Part shown: piece by piece, positions 39,694 through 53,286 of the stretch | Layout of the letters: each line of letters opens with the position of its first letter | Numbering within the stretch: the stretch's first letter is position 1 | From: Eledone cirrhosa | Lineage: Eukaryota | Direction: 5' to 3' | Assembly (NCBI GenBank): GCA_964016885.1 | Contig: OZ024740.1 | Location: 372,124,001 to 372,188,000, forward strand | Length of the DNA: 64,000 nucleotides | Made by a program: the position numbers and the translations under genes | Notes under the pieces: generated by a model | Database searches by the model: none | What the model was told of the DNA's origin: nothing | What the model saw: the letters and a program-made list of their open reading frames with translations, nothing else

Positions 39694-39743
39694 AGTTTAA
39701 GCAAAGAATCGTTGCTTTCATCCTTAACGGGATCTTCTGAAAC
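39694..39743 (-). ncRNA. Hammerhead-like motif with CAGAAGA core inside a Helitron
   Basis: gttt-CAGAAGA-tcccgttaaggat-GAAA-gcaacgattctttgc-TT-aaac. Confidence 0.5.
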
Positions 39744-40546
39744 AAAAAAAATCAATCTGTAAACGCAGAAATCATATTTTGAAAAACATTACACACTAAA
39801 TATATACATATTTATATATACACTCATTATATATACATACACACACACACACCGCGTTACAATGAGGTAATGCAGACAGCCAGGCATACAGACATATATT
39901 ATAAGGGCACAACGTTATATCTATGTATCTATCTAAAAAGAGAAAGGCTAAGAATTATAGAGAGAGATCGCTAAATCGCCTAATGCGGTCCATATGGAAT
40001 TTAAAATTTAAAATATGTTTTGCTCACAACACTCACGCGGCCATAAGTATTACATGTGCAAAGTTTGAAAACACTCGGTTGGGTGGTTCTAGAGTTTTAG
40101 TGATCGGACAGAGAGACAGACAGACAGACATTCTTTATTTTAGATATATAGACTAGCAGAATGGCCCGGTTTTGCTCGGGATTTGCTCTAGGGTTCTTAT
40201 ATATTTGATATATATTTATCCTTATCGACCTTTGTGAAATAAATACGTTTGTTTATATTTTGTTATTGTGTATGCAAAAACATCTGTACACGAATATATA
40301 ATTATATATATATATATATAACAGTACAGAGACGTACGGAATATCTCGGCCTCGGGATGGTGTCTACATTTTGTGGTTATAAAAAAAAATTGCCGTTCAT
40401 TACCAGGGTTTTTTTCCGTGCGAAGAAAATCAATACTTTATCGCGAAATAAATACTTTTGTTTATATTTTGTTATTGTGTATGCAAACATATCTGTACAT
40501 GAATATATAATTATATATAGATATATATATTAAAATAACAGATTAA

Positions 40547-40597
40547 AGTTTAAACAAAGAATCACTGCTTTCACCTTTAACGGGATCTTCTGAAACT
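40547..40597 (-). ncRNA. Hammerhead-like motif with CAGAAGA core inside a Helitron
   Basis: agttt-CAGAAGA-tcccgttaaaggt-GAAA-gcagtgattctttgt-TT-aaact. Confidence 0.5.
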
Positions 40598-40731
40598 AAA
40601 ACAAAAAAATCAATCTGTGAACGCAGTAGTAAATATTTCGAGAAAGGTTACACATTATACACACACACGCACACACACACACACGCACGCACGCACACGC
40701 ACACGCACACACACACACACACACACGCACG

Positions 40732-40851
<120 letters not shown>

Positions 40852-41792
40852 GTCATAATGTCGTAATGCAGACAGTCAGGCATACAGACAGATATTATAA
40901 GGGCGCAACGTTATATCTATGTATCTATCTAAAAAGAGAAAGACTAAGAGAGAAAGAGAGAGATAACCAAATCGCGTAATGCGGTCCCTAGGGCATTGAA
41001 AATTTGAAATTTTCTTTACTCAAAACACTCACAGGACCATAAGTATTACATGTGTAAAGTGTGAAAACAATCGGTTGGGTGGTTCTCTGACAGAGATTCT
41101 CTGTTTTAGATATATAGATAACCAATGATGAACAACTTTACATTAAGTAAAGAAATTGCTAAATTATGAAGTGTTGTTTCTTCTTCCTGTCGAACAATGT
41201 ACATCAATATATTCGACAATAGTCCAGTAGATACAATGTATAGAGAGGCGTATTACATTTTCAAAAGCATTGATACCTTTCACACAGCCTTGAAGATGAA
41301 AAATATCAGTTCTAAAATATCTATTTATTAATTTCAAGAACGTCAGTATTCCCTGTGTCATAATTCTCGATTATCATTGGTTCATAGTTTTCAAACGACT
41401 CCCCTCCACCTCAACGTCGCCAAACTGAAATGAACAGGCATAATGCCAATGAAGGAGTGAGAGGGGAGAGTGTGAACGCTGTGTTCAATAACTATTAACA
41501 TGTGTGCGTGTGTATGTACGTGCGCATATGTCTATGACTGTGTGCGTGCGTGCAGCGTTCCACAGAAAGTAAAAACTATCAATATGTGTGAGTGTGTGCG
41601 TGTGTAAGATTGCGCGCGTGTGCGCGTTTCCATGCGTGCATGTGTGTGGCGTTCCACAATCGCCACGCAGTTTATCTGTCTGTGTGCAGTCTGTCAGTCT
41701 AACATACACAGAGTTGTGAAGGGAGTAAATAGGGACCTTTCTTTACATTGACGGACATCTTTTATATTTATTAATGTGTCATTTATTGACAA

Positions 41793-42393
41793 TTGCTCGA
41801 AATGAATACTGATAATAAAAGCAATTCGACTTTATCAAACAGTGATCTACAGCGGCGACGGCGTGCAGCCAGGAATGAAGAAAAACGGGCCGCCGAACTT
41901 CAGAGGCAAAGACGTGCCGCCATAAATGAAGAGGAGCTGGCTGAACAACGCCAACGAAACACTGGAGCCAAGCAGCGACGGCGTGCTGCGATGATTGAAC
42001 ACGAACTGGCTGAGCGTCATCTTTTATATTAATTACCTATATCTATATCTACATATAATATAAAGGATTGGAACTTCCATCATCCTGTTGAGAAACGTGG
42101 AACAACTACGTCTATGCAAGGATACATGTTTTACAGTCAGGCAGAAGATGAACCATCTCCTAGAGGTCACTATTCTAGGTGAGAGCACCTAGAATTGTTC
42201 ATATCCTATGCACAAACGGTACAACGAAGAATCTGGTATATCTGGAAGATTTTTTGTACTGTTTTCTGTATCACACAGATACCACAGACTCACCTCATAC
42301 TGTAACCAGACAAACATTCAATACAGTCATTTTCTCTTTACCGGTCTTGTCTTATCATCTGTTTACCCGAGCGAAGCTGGGTACGTCAGCTAG
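41793..42393 (+). mobile_element. Internally deleted Helitron derivative (5' end uncertain)
   Basis: N-terminal RRRAA/E-rich repeats and helicase scraps (IILLRN, MNHLLEVTIL, TKNLVY). The 3' end has hairpin taccc..gggta then CTAG|T at 42390-42393. Confidence 0.7.
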
Positions 42394-43871
42394 TATATTT
42401 TAATTTCTTCAAATGAAGTAAGACTTTTATCATATTTTGAAAACACGCCTTAAATGTTTTCAAATGTTTATATTATTTTCACCAAAAGAGTAGGAAACAT
42501 CCATTAACTCTTTAAAATATTCCTTCATAAACTTTTCATCTACTTCTGGACAACACCAGTAACAAGAAAACGGAACATTTGAAACAACCAAATTAAGAGG
42601 TGAAAATTATTTATTCCAGTACAACGAAATTCCTGTATGCACAGTCAGTTTAACGATAGTCATAAAGACCCAACATAAAGAATTCTATTCAGAAATCACA
42701 GACAAACATGTGCTTTGGCAAGAAACTCTAGGAATCTCGGCAATTTCTGCAGTATAGAATTATATATTCTCGGCTTTCTTTCAAATGTAAAACTGAACTT
42801 ACCTACGGACACGTATAATATACATACACTCATTCACACGGATGCACATGCATACATATGCATACACATACGATTTAGATTCAAACAAGGTCTTCGTTCG
42901 GTAAAATCTATTGTGTAATATCTACCGTAAAACCAATGCTCTGTGAAATCCACTTGATGCACCGTCCTTTCGACATGCGTTGTCATTTGCATTCTGTTAT
43001 GTGCATGGTTCATGGCATGCATCACCTGATTTATTTCTGATAAAATTGCCAAGTACAATTAGATTGTTGCACCACTTCATTAAAATTTGACATGCCATCC
43101 TACAATACTCACATGTTAAGTAAGGGACATGTTATATAATGTCCCTACTTCTAGCCTGTAATTCAGTGTAATTAATTTAACACTATAGATGTTAAGCATA
43201 TAAATATTGTATTCCTCGTCAATCCCGGTTTCTATCAATAATTTTGTTTTAAAAGGTTCATATTTTATTATTACAGAAATTTCCAAACAATAGATTTCTT
43301 AGATATTTCATCTCAAAAATAGAACCGATAGATCTATCACTGGTTCAATATATTGACGCAGGCGAACCTGAACAAAGCGAGTTTGTCTGTTTGGCTATTG
43401 AAAGCTTGTATTCCCTTTGCTCTGATTGCTCCGATGTTAGCAACTGAAAATATGTTCCATATATGAATAGCCGTGTGTAGAAAGCTCCTAACCAATGGGC
43501 CTTATTTCACGGATGTCGATAGGGCATGAAGAGATTTTGAAAGCATTAATTCTCAGAAAATTACCCATGACTGCCTTATACAATGGTAACTAAAACTGAA
43601 TATGGGCTTTTAATCAAGGATTATGTTTATACAGCCAGTATTACGTGAATGAATGAGCGATATATGATGTCTCGTTATACATGCCTCTCACCTTTAAAAT
43701 TTGAAGTTTCAGTAGATTGTATTTTACATTTCATGTCTCTAAAGTAGTGGTAATTTACTGGGTAAATTCACTCAAGTTTATGGCCCCAGGGTTGCCAGGC
43801 GTAACGAAGTTTTCGTACTGATGAAAATATACACAGTAGTGATTTTGTTTGAATGTCTATATATATATAAT

Positions 43872-44063
43872 AATTGTTTCTACTTTTGGCACAAGATCAG
43901 CAATTAACCCAGTACATTACTGGTGCTTTATTTTATCGATCCCCGTAAGGATGAAAGGCAAAGTTAACCTCAGAGGGATTTGAACTCAGACAATAAAGAG
44001 CCGTAAGTCAATGCTGAAAAGTATAGCGTACAACCCTCCACCGATACTGCCAATCTACCTGCC
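43872..44063 (-). mobile_element. tRNA-derived SINE, family 1
   Basis: Diverged full copy. Confidence 0.85.
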
Positions 44064-44429
44064 CAGCTACTATTCACACACTCTATGAACTTACAGAAAT
44101 CGAATGTTGTAAATCCGAATCCGTAAATCAGAGTGTACACAGTACGTTTAACAGTGGTTAAAAGGTTTAGTGTAGGAATGATTATACTGCTCCGAACTGT
44201 AACAGTATTACCGTGTCCAATATGAACACTTGGAAATGGAACTATTGCGTATAGATGTCATTCGATGTTTCCAAAAGATTTGAAAGATCTTATGACTAAC
44301 AGGATAAATCGGCGGCGGATTTCAGTCCTTAAACTGGCTTTCACAGTGGTAGTGACAGCAATCTCAAATCTCTCTCTCTCTATCTCTATCTCTCTCTCAT
44401 TCTCTTTCTCTCCTCTCTCTATCACTCAC

Positions 44430-44553
<124 letters not shown>

Positions 44554-44796
44554 AATATATATTTAGAAACACACAGATACATGCGGACACACACATATAT
44601 ACATGAATGCATCCGCACCCAACTGTGAGTTAAGGGTGCCAACTTCACCGATGTTGCTCAATGAATGACCGGGACAGACCAATTCAGTTTGAACCAGACT
44701 GAACCAGTATCAGAGTTAAAAATACATTATGAAGAGAGAAGAAACATTTAGATATAATTAGTAATAAAATGTATCATACCTAAACTGTTCCTAAAT

Positions 44797-44884
44797 TCCT
44801 CGACTACGTAGTTTCGTGGCATAAACAAAAACAATATATCAAAGATATAGAGTCCTTGCGAGGTCTGCCGACTTATCAAGAGGA
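44797..44884 (-). ncRNA. Type I hammerhead ribozyme, U3-A8 core (inverted copy)
   Basis: Reverse complement of 45378-45465. Confidence 0.82.
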
Positions 44885-45377
44885 TACCTCATTTTACTAG
44901 TCTCAAGAACGCGTCTACACGACGTGAGAAAGAATCCCAAAAGGCGGAGGGGGAGACAGTCACGCGATATAACGGTCGAGAAACAGAGCTAAGCCTCTTA
45001 TAACCACGAAGAAAATACCACGGAGGCGGAGGGGGTATTCATATCGAGGCCGTAGAAGAGGTAGTGAAGAAGGCGAGAAGTATGAGTAATGGAAGCTTTC
45101 CAGTTGTCCCCACACTTCAAAGATTGCTCGACCAGAGGGAGTTATTAATATATTTAGAAACACACAGATACATGCGGACACACACATATATACATGAATG
45201 CATCTTCTACGGCCTCGATATAAATACCCCCTCCGCCTCCGTGGTATTTTCTTCGTGGTTATAAGAGGCTTAGCTCTGTTTCTCGACCGTTATATCGCGT
45301 GACTGTCTCCCCCTCCGCCTTTTGGGATTCTTTCTCACGTCGTGTAGACGCGTTCTTGAGACTAGTAAAATGAGGTA

Positions 45378-45465
45378 TCCTCTTGATAAGTCGGCAGACC
45401 TCGCAAGGACTCTATATCTTTGATATATTGTTTTTGTTTATGCCACGAAACTACGTAGTCGAGGA
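45378..45465 (+). ncRNA. Type I hammerhead ribozyme, U3-A8 core
   Basis: tcctc-TTGATAA-gt c ggca...tgcc ac-GAAA-ctacgtag-TC-gagga. Predicted cleavage after 45460. Confidence 0.85.
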
Positions 45466-45968
45466 ATTTAGGAACAGTTTAGGTATGATACATTTTATTA
45501 CTAATTATATCTAAATGTTTCTTCTCTCTTCATAATGTATTTTTAACTCTGATACTGGTTCAGTCTGGTTCAAACTGAATTGGTCTGTCCCGGTCATTCA
45601 TTGAGCAACATCGGTGAAGTTGGCACCCTTAACTCACAGTTGGGTGCGGATGCATTCATGTATATATGTGTGTGTCCGCATGTATCTGTGTGTTTCTAAA
45701 TATATTAATAACTCCCTCTGGTCGAGCAATCTTTGAAGTGTGGGGACAACTGGAAAGCTTCCATTACTCATACTTCTCGCCTTCTTCACTACCTCTTCTA
45801 CGGCCTCGATATGAATACCCCCTCCGCCTCCGTGGTATTTTCTTCGTGGTTATAAGAGGCTTAGCTCTGTTTCTCGACCGTTATATCGCGTGACTGTCTC
45901 CCCCTCCGCCTTTTGGGATTCTTTCTCACGTCGTGTAGACGCGTTCTTGAGACTAGTAAAATGAGGTA

Positions 45969-46056
45969 TCCTCTTGATAAGTCGGCAGACCTCGCAAGGA
46001 CTCTATATCTTTGATATATTGTTTTTGTTTATGCCACGAAACTACGTAGTCGAGGA
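45969..46056 (+). ncRNA. Type I hammerhead ribozyme, U3-A8 core
   Basis: Identical copy at +591. Predicted cleavage after 46051. Confidence 0.85.
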
Positions 46057-46559
46057 ATTTAGGAACAGTTTAGGTATGATACATTTTATTACTAATTATA
46101 TCTAAATGTTTCTTCTCTCTTCATAATGTATTTTTAACTCTGATACTGGTTCAGTCTGGTTCAAACTGAATTGGTCTGTCCCGGTCATTCATTGAGCAAC
46201 ATCGGTGAAGTTGGCACCCTTAACTCACAGTTGGGTGCGGATGCATTCATGTATATATGTGTGTGTCCGCATGTATCTGTGTGTTTCTAAATATATTAAT
46301 AACTCCCTCTGGTCGAGCAATCTTTGAAGTGTGGGGACAACTGGAAAGCTTCCATTACTCATACTTCTCGCCTTCTTCACTACCTCTTCTACGGCCTCGA
46401 TATGAATACCCCCTCCGCCTCCGTGGTATTTTCTTCGTGGTTATAAGAGGCTTAGCTCTGTTTCTCGACCGTTATATCGCGTGACTGTCTCCCCCTCCGC
46501 CTTTTGGGATTCTTTCTCACGTCGTGTAGACGCGTTCTTGAGACTAGTAGAATGAGGTA

Positions 46560-46647
46560 TCCTCTTGATAAGTCGGCAGACCTCGCAAGGACTCTATATC
46601 TTTGATATATTGTTTTTGTTTATGCCACGAAACTACGTAGTCGAGGA
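46560..46647 (+). ncRNA. Type I hammerhead ribozyme, U3-A8 core
   Basis: Identical copy at +1182. Predicted cleavage after 46642. Confidence 0.85.
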
Positions 46648-46891
46648 ATTTAGGAACAGTTTAGGTATGATACATTTTATTACTAATTATATCTAAATGT
46701 TTCTTCTCTCTTCATAATATATATAAATATATATATAATATATATATATATATTTATATATATATATATATACACATATATGTGTGGGTGGGTGTGTGTG
46801 TGTGTGTGTAAGTAGTAGTGAATTATCAACGCATGTTCAAAATCCGGTTGCAATTTATAATGATGTTTTTCTTTTCAATCCGCAATTGCTC

Positions 46892-46935
<44 letters not shown>

Positions 46936-46996
46936 CACATATACCCACGTTCAGACGCACACATATATGTATATATATATATATATTTATTTAATA

Positions 46997-47330
46997 TTTA
47001 GAATTTGCATCACCAGTTTGAAACCCCTATCTTGCTCAAAACATTGACCTCCTGGAAACTGTTCAGAGACGTGCAACCAGGCGAATACCCTCCATCAGTC
47101 ATCTACCATACTCCGAACGCCTTGCTTTACTGGACATGGATACATTTAAGCTCCGACGTCTGGCAACTGACTTGCTAAACACCCACAAAAATTACTATCG
47201 ATCTTGCCAACAACAACTCTGAGCACTTTTGAATTACATGAATCTAACACCCGTGGGCATGCCTACAAAGTCAGAAAACAGCAGAGCTCCTATGGCTTTC
47301 GGAAACATTCTTTCACGCTCAGAGTAGCGG
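46997..47330 (+). mobile_element. CR1-group LINE 3' fragment
   Basis: PYLAQNIDLLETVQRRATRRIP....PYSERL..L....LRRL..DL and TRGHAYK...RKHSFTLRV. Confidence 0.8.
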
Positions 47331-50300
47331 GGGGAAGACAAAACGGCACCAATTAGGTGCTGTTTAAGTCACAAGCCCTGTCTATGAAACATGCAATGAC
47401 CCCTTGCAAAACCAGCAAGGTCATTATGTAATCGTCCCACATGGGAAAACGAACGGTTCGTGTCCGCATTCCCAGGATTCCAACATGACTCGACATGTGG
47501 TGCCTCCTGGGATGTGTGATTGTAGAGGTGACGCATACCGTCCCGATAGAGGTTACAAGGACTGCCAGGGAGGACCGCTCCGGGGTTGACCTAGAGATAC
47601 TTCTCCAGATCAGGCCCGAGAATGTTAAAACATTTTGTCTCCAGAACTGGATGGTGGTACATACAATGACTGAGGGCAAAAGGCGGTATTGTTTCGTTTG
47701 CGAAGAAACAATCCATTTGCGAGCCTTCTGCCCTCAACTGCTGAAATGTACAAGGGGGCAAATACACACATAAACAACCGCAGACACCGCACTCACAACA
47801 CCAACAAAACCAACAGCACCACAGTCACAGTCACCACGCCAACAAATAAAACCGCACCAACTAAACATACAAAACTTCGTGCTTGTCAGAAGCGCCAACA
47901 GGGAATTGATTACACTCGTAGCACGAAGTAAAAAAATACAAACAGAGGAGGAATTTTTAAATCGAGCACATTTCGCGTGCCGGAAGATTTGTTTCTGGTG
48001 CGAATGTAGCTCGATTTCTATAAAGGGATTCGAGACAGCTTTCCTCAGAACGTGGGAATCCCGGACATAAAACCCACATCAAGACTTTTAAAGGGATTCC
48101 CAAAAGATACCCCACCAACTATGGAGGTCGAACCACTCGATCTTCACAAGAGCCTGGTAGGTAAATATACCTTTCCTCTCTCTTTTAGCCTGCCAACATG
48201 GCCATATTAAGAGTAGGAAGTTTAAATGGGTCACCTGCTCAACGACCTCAGGTCTCTAGAAATAGATGTAATTGCCGTCAGCGAGACCAGTATTTCTGAC
48301 ACGCGCGAACTAGCCCCCATTTTCGATGACTATCAGATGTTCGCATCTGTTAGTTGGCCGGAAATGGGAGGTGGGGTGGCAGTGATGTTTAGGAAGGGCC
48401 TGGATCTCGAGGTAAGGTCGATCTTTCGGGATCCGGACGGTAAGTTGGTGGTCCTGGACGTAAACAATAGCGAAGGTGGTGCCTCTACGCCCCTACTGGG
48501 GCAGGACTGCCGGACTGGAAGCCTTTTTGGGTACGTCTCGCCCTTTACTGTTAGCGGGGGACTGGAATGGCATCTTAGACGCACGCTGGGACTGTGTGGG
48601 AGTATCTGATAGGAGCAGGGGGTGCAAAAGCCTCAAGTACCTGATCAGCCAGTTCTAACTGTCTGACAGGGACCGACTATATTTCCTTAATGCGCCAGTG
48701 TGGATCTGGACAAATGGTTTAGGGACATCTAGATCTTACTTAGATTAGTTTCTAATTAGATTAGGATAGTATAGAGTGTCCACAATTACATACGGTCACC
48801 TATCCAGACCACAAGTTTGTGATTTGTATGGCCAATCTAGATAAGACGCGTAGGTTAGGACCTGGTTACTGGAAGCTGAACATGTCGTTTCCGGCACGTA
48901 AGGCTTACAGGGACCGGGTCAACTATTTAGTTAAGCATTGCTGGCCTTGTGCCAAAAGTAGAAAGAATTATTATATTATTATTATTATTATTATTAGTGG
49001 ATTGGCAGTATCGGTAGAGGGTCGGACGCCATGCTTTGCACAAAGACGTTGAGGGGCGTCCCGCGCGAACTAGGATGCGGAAGATTCGTGTCAGCATATG
49101 CGGACGATGTCACCGTAGTGGTGTCGAACGCCAAACACATCGAGGCGATCGGCACTACACTAAGAGAATACGAAGCGGTGACAGGAGCAATGATCAACCA
49201 GGAAAAGTCAGTGGGCCTGCAGCTCGGCACCTGGAGAGGCAATTCCATGCCGTCCAACAGCGTCGTCGGACGCTGGACGGACGGACCGGTTAAATTGCTA
49301 GGGGTCTGGTTCGGTCCGGACCTCCAGACGGACAAAAACTGGGACGAGGTGACGAGCAGGGTGGCTTCTCTCACCCAGAAATGGGCGGAGAGGAAGCTAT
49401 CCCTGAAAGATCGAGCGGAGGTGGCTAACGCGTACATCGCCTCTGTCATCTGCTACCGCCTGACCGTCGTACCTTGTCCTAAGCCTCGCCTGACTGCGCT
49501 GGAGCGTTTACTCTTTCGCTTTTTGTGGAAGGGACGCGCTCCGATGGTCAGGCGGTCCATCTGCTGTCAACACCCGCTACGTGGAGGGCTGGGCATGCCG
49601 TGGCTGATGAAGCGCAGACACGCGCTCAGGCTACGACATCTCCACCTCTTCCTTGACGGTGATCAAGTGTGGTCGCCGTTTGCTAGACACGTCTTTCCCC
49701 AGCTCGTCACCTTGACGGAACTGCAGTCCTGGGTCAAGCGAAGACCGAGAAGGAGCGCTTGGAGACTGGAATGTCTTCAGGCGTTCACAGCCCTCGACCA
49801 ATCGGGCAATGTGATCGGTGGAAACTCCACCTTGGCGTTCGATAGGGGATTAGTGGAGGGGAAGAGCGACGACGTACTTGGAGAAACTCAAGGCTTCGAC
49901 GAAAATCAACTAGCCAATCTCTTCGGAAGAACTTTCGGGCCGGGGCCTATGGACAACTTCCAGAAATCCCTGGCCTGGCAGTGCTACTGGGGAGCTTTGC
50001 CAGTTCGGGATAAACTCTACAGGCATGGAGGTGCCGTCAGCCGGGCATGTCCGAGATGCGCGCAGGGCGACGAAACCGTCCTGCACGCACTCGTCCAGTG
50101 TCCGAGCATTGCTAACTCGTGGGTTTATGTCGAACACCTGCTGTCAAGTGTAGGACGGATCCAGCTATCAGCTGAGTCCATCGTGAGGATTGCCCCGCCC
50201 TCTTCCTTTAGCCTGGAAAGGCAGGCAGTTTTTATCTGTCTGGTGGCCATGGCGAAAGAGATAGTATGGTGGACACGTTTGAAAGGGCTGAAGACGAGCA

Positions 50301-50711
50301 CTTACCTCTTCGGTGATGCCCTGATTAACTTTTTCAAATTTCATTTGAAAAGGAAAATCAGGGTAGAAAGGGAAGTGCTCTCTTCCCAGCATTTTGTTGA
50401 AAGATGGGTGAGAGAAGCAAGTATGGCCCGAGTGAATGGGCCTACCCTGAGTATGTGTCTGGAAATTAAAGGTGGAAAACTGGGAGAGGGCACTTACCCT
50501 GGTGGTCAGGATCACTGTGGTCTTTTAATGGGCTCTCTCCACAAATGTCCCTCGGAAGTCTCCCCCCTATTGGGGAATTTTTCTTTGCTATTTTATTACA
50601 TCCTCTGTTTTTTTTACACGCAGAAATGCCCATTTGTACCGTCCTGTATTGTCCTGTACTGTCCTTAATGTCTACTTTAAGTAAACCCTTGTGGTTAATA
50701 AAGAAAACATA

Positions 50712-50747
<36 letters not shown>
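47331..50747 (+). mobile_element. Decayed Tx1/L1-clade LINE (ORF1 knuckle, APE endonuclease, partial RT, zf-RVT)
   Basis: CFVCEETIHLRAFC; IDVIAVSET, LAGDWN..LD, PDH, GPGYWKLN; SAYADD..KLLGVWF; CPRC...ETVLHALVQC; AATAAA and (ATT)n tail. The RT N-terminal part is deleted. Confidence 0.9.
49031..50668 (+). pseudogene. LINE ORF2 C-terminal open frame (RT YADD to C-terminal zinc finger)
   Basis: 545-aa ORF in the track whose start codon comes from a SINE scrap. Confidence 0.85.
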
Positions 50748-50749
<2 letters not shown>

Positions 50750-52171
50750 ATTTCTATAAATACATTTGCACTTTTGTAGTCATGTAGGCCATAATATGCA
50801 TAGTTTATGCAAGTATCAATTGATATCCTTCTGACAATTACCGATTGTAACACATCTTCCTTGGCTTTTGACGCCGTTTTATAGTGACACCTTCCACAAC
50901 GCATAAAGCAATTTAAGGAACATGCTTAAAAGCTCCAAGCGAGCTAAAATTTAGTGAAATTAAATTAACCCATACAACCTCGTGTTCCTCGACAATCTCA
51001 TTTTAATTGTCGAATTGACAGACAATATTTTATTATTACATGAATTGTTGAATGTTTCATTTCAAAGTCAGGACAGATGGGTCAATCAATCGAACTCATT
51101 ATCCAAGGTGAATATGGGAACATGCGCTTGTGACATCAGGTTTTGGAAGCTTCTATTTTATTTCCTGAGAATTTTTTAATTGTATTATATGTAAATATGT
51201 TCCACATATAAATAGTTGTGTGTGAACTCGGATCGAAAGCATTAATTTTGATTAAAATGAGTCGATAAAGGTGATAGTATTAGTTATCGCACTATAACGT
51301 ATTTCATTTTGCAATGGCAGTATATATATGAGTTCTAATGTGAGTATTCTCGGAGAAATGACCTATGTTCGTGAGAGAGGCTGTTGGTGGTGGGATGTTT
51401 GACAGTTTTAACACTATGAATAGAGAAACGCTAGATGAAACACTACTTATAGCAACGGATTTATCGCATTGCTCTATTTAACATTTGCATTGTAATATCG
51501 TAGATTGACCAGCGCTTCGTTCGAATGATCATTACAATCTAAAATTCAGTGCAATTAAATTAACCCCATATAACACCCATGTGTTTTTAACACTCTTGTT
51601 TAACGGTAGAACTGACTTATATTGATGGAATATAGGCAGAACTATTAGAAGGATAGTTCATTAGTAGAACTGTTAGATTATCGGTAAAAATATGCTTTGC
51701 TGCATTTGTTCCGGCACTGCATTATACACGGCGGACCAACACTAATTGACTCCACTACACTGTACATTTCTTTTCAAATCTTATGTTCATTAAGCATCAA
51801 ATATCGAAGGAAAGATAAATGACAGTGGTCGGTAAAGAGACCACGTAATATACATGGTTATCTTATGGACTTGTTCAACAGTTTAAACTTATAGCCTATG
51901 GACCTGAATAAATCTCTTCCTAAACAACTCTGAGTTATAGGGAGTTCTTACCCATGTGAGGCGACTGCAATGATCACCAGAGTATACACCCCCCCCCCAC
52001 ACACATATATATATATATATATATAACTAGTATCAAAAATCGTTTTTCTCACTAACACTCTGCTTTCCGTTTGGCTGGTATATTGATGATACTGGCTTAG
52101 TTAAAACATTGAGTGAATGGGAAAACGATTGAAGGTATTTCGTTCCTATCTGATAAGTTCGTTTCAGTATT

Positions 52172-52275
52172 CCGCCGAGGTTAACTTTGCCTTTCATCCT
52201 TATGGGGTCGATATAATAAAGTACCAGTAATGTACTGGGATAATTGCTGGCCTTGTGCTAAACGTAGAAACAATT
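52172..52275 (+). mobile_element. tRNA-derived SINE, family 1, 3' half
   Basis: CCGCCGAGGTTAACTTTGCCTTTCATCCTT...GTAGAAACAATT. Confidence 0.85.
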
Positions 52276-53286
52276 GTTATTTACAATCACAGGGATAACC
52301 CAACCCGCATGCAAATGGTAAGTTGAACATTTTACTTTGTTTATCATAGTTCGATTTTTATTAACTGTTTGCAATATTTGTCGTTGCTTTCTATTTGGAA
52401 GTCCTGGACGAGTGCGACGTGTTTCATGTTTTCTTTTTTCAATTTGAAAAAAAGAAAACAAAAAAAAAACCAAAAAAAACATTCACCTGTGTTATCTGGT
52501 CTGTAGTGTATGTGGGGGTGGATATGATGGTGAGATGTTGGTGACGGTCGGTCGATGAGATGGGCTGTGTTGTGGTGGTGGCGGGTTGGCCTTGGCCTGT
52601 AGTGTATGTGGGGGGTGGATGTGATGATATGATGGTGGTTATGGTCGCTTACTGGGATGGGCTGTGGTATGAGGTTAGTGGGTTGTCGGTAGACGGGTTG
52701 TCGTGTGTGGGGGTGTGGTTGTGGTGTTGTTGTATATGGTAGTGGCGTTTGTGGTGGTGTGGTGGATGTGTTGGTGGTGTCGTGTCCTTACTGAGATACA
52801 TGCTAGACGCTCTTCGTCTGACAAATACGTTGTATATATGTATACACACACACATATGTATACATGCGCTCATATACTGATGTATAAACACACACAACAC
52901 ATACGCACACCCGCGCCCACACATATCCACACACATACATACACAGCCATATGGATATATACACACATGTATGTGCATGCGCGCATGCGAACACATATAG
53001 GGAGGGTGAGGGAGTATCGGTGGGGGTGGCAAAGGACAAAGATGGAGGGAAGCTGAGAGGCAATGGAGAAGGTGTTATACATATATACATACAGATACAT
53101 ACACTCATACACACATACGGATATGCGCACATACACGCACACACACGTATACATAAACATACACATACACACACACGTATACACACACATATATATACAC
53201 AGACACACACACACATACACATACATGCACATATACGCACACACATACACATACACACAGATTCACCTATATACACACACATATAT

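Larger units (their letters stand above)
44556..46718 (+). mobile_element. Retrozyme-like array: 591-bp non-coding unit, about 2.6 direct copies (45203-46718) preceded by about 1.1 inverted copies (44556-45204)
   Basis: Identical ORFs at 45666+, 46257+ and 44960- fix the period. There is one HHR per unit and the copies are near-identical. Confidence 0.85.

Noticed and set aside
42800-43110. Possible minus-strand exon with a GTAAGT donor and Cys-containing translation
   Set aside because: The candidate frames contain stops, there is no recognisable domain, and no partner exons were found.
52405-52462. Minus-strand hairpin with GAAA-cacg-TC at the far end of the PLE left arm
   Set aside because: The core is replaced by an A-rich tract, so it cannot be supported.
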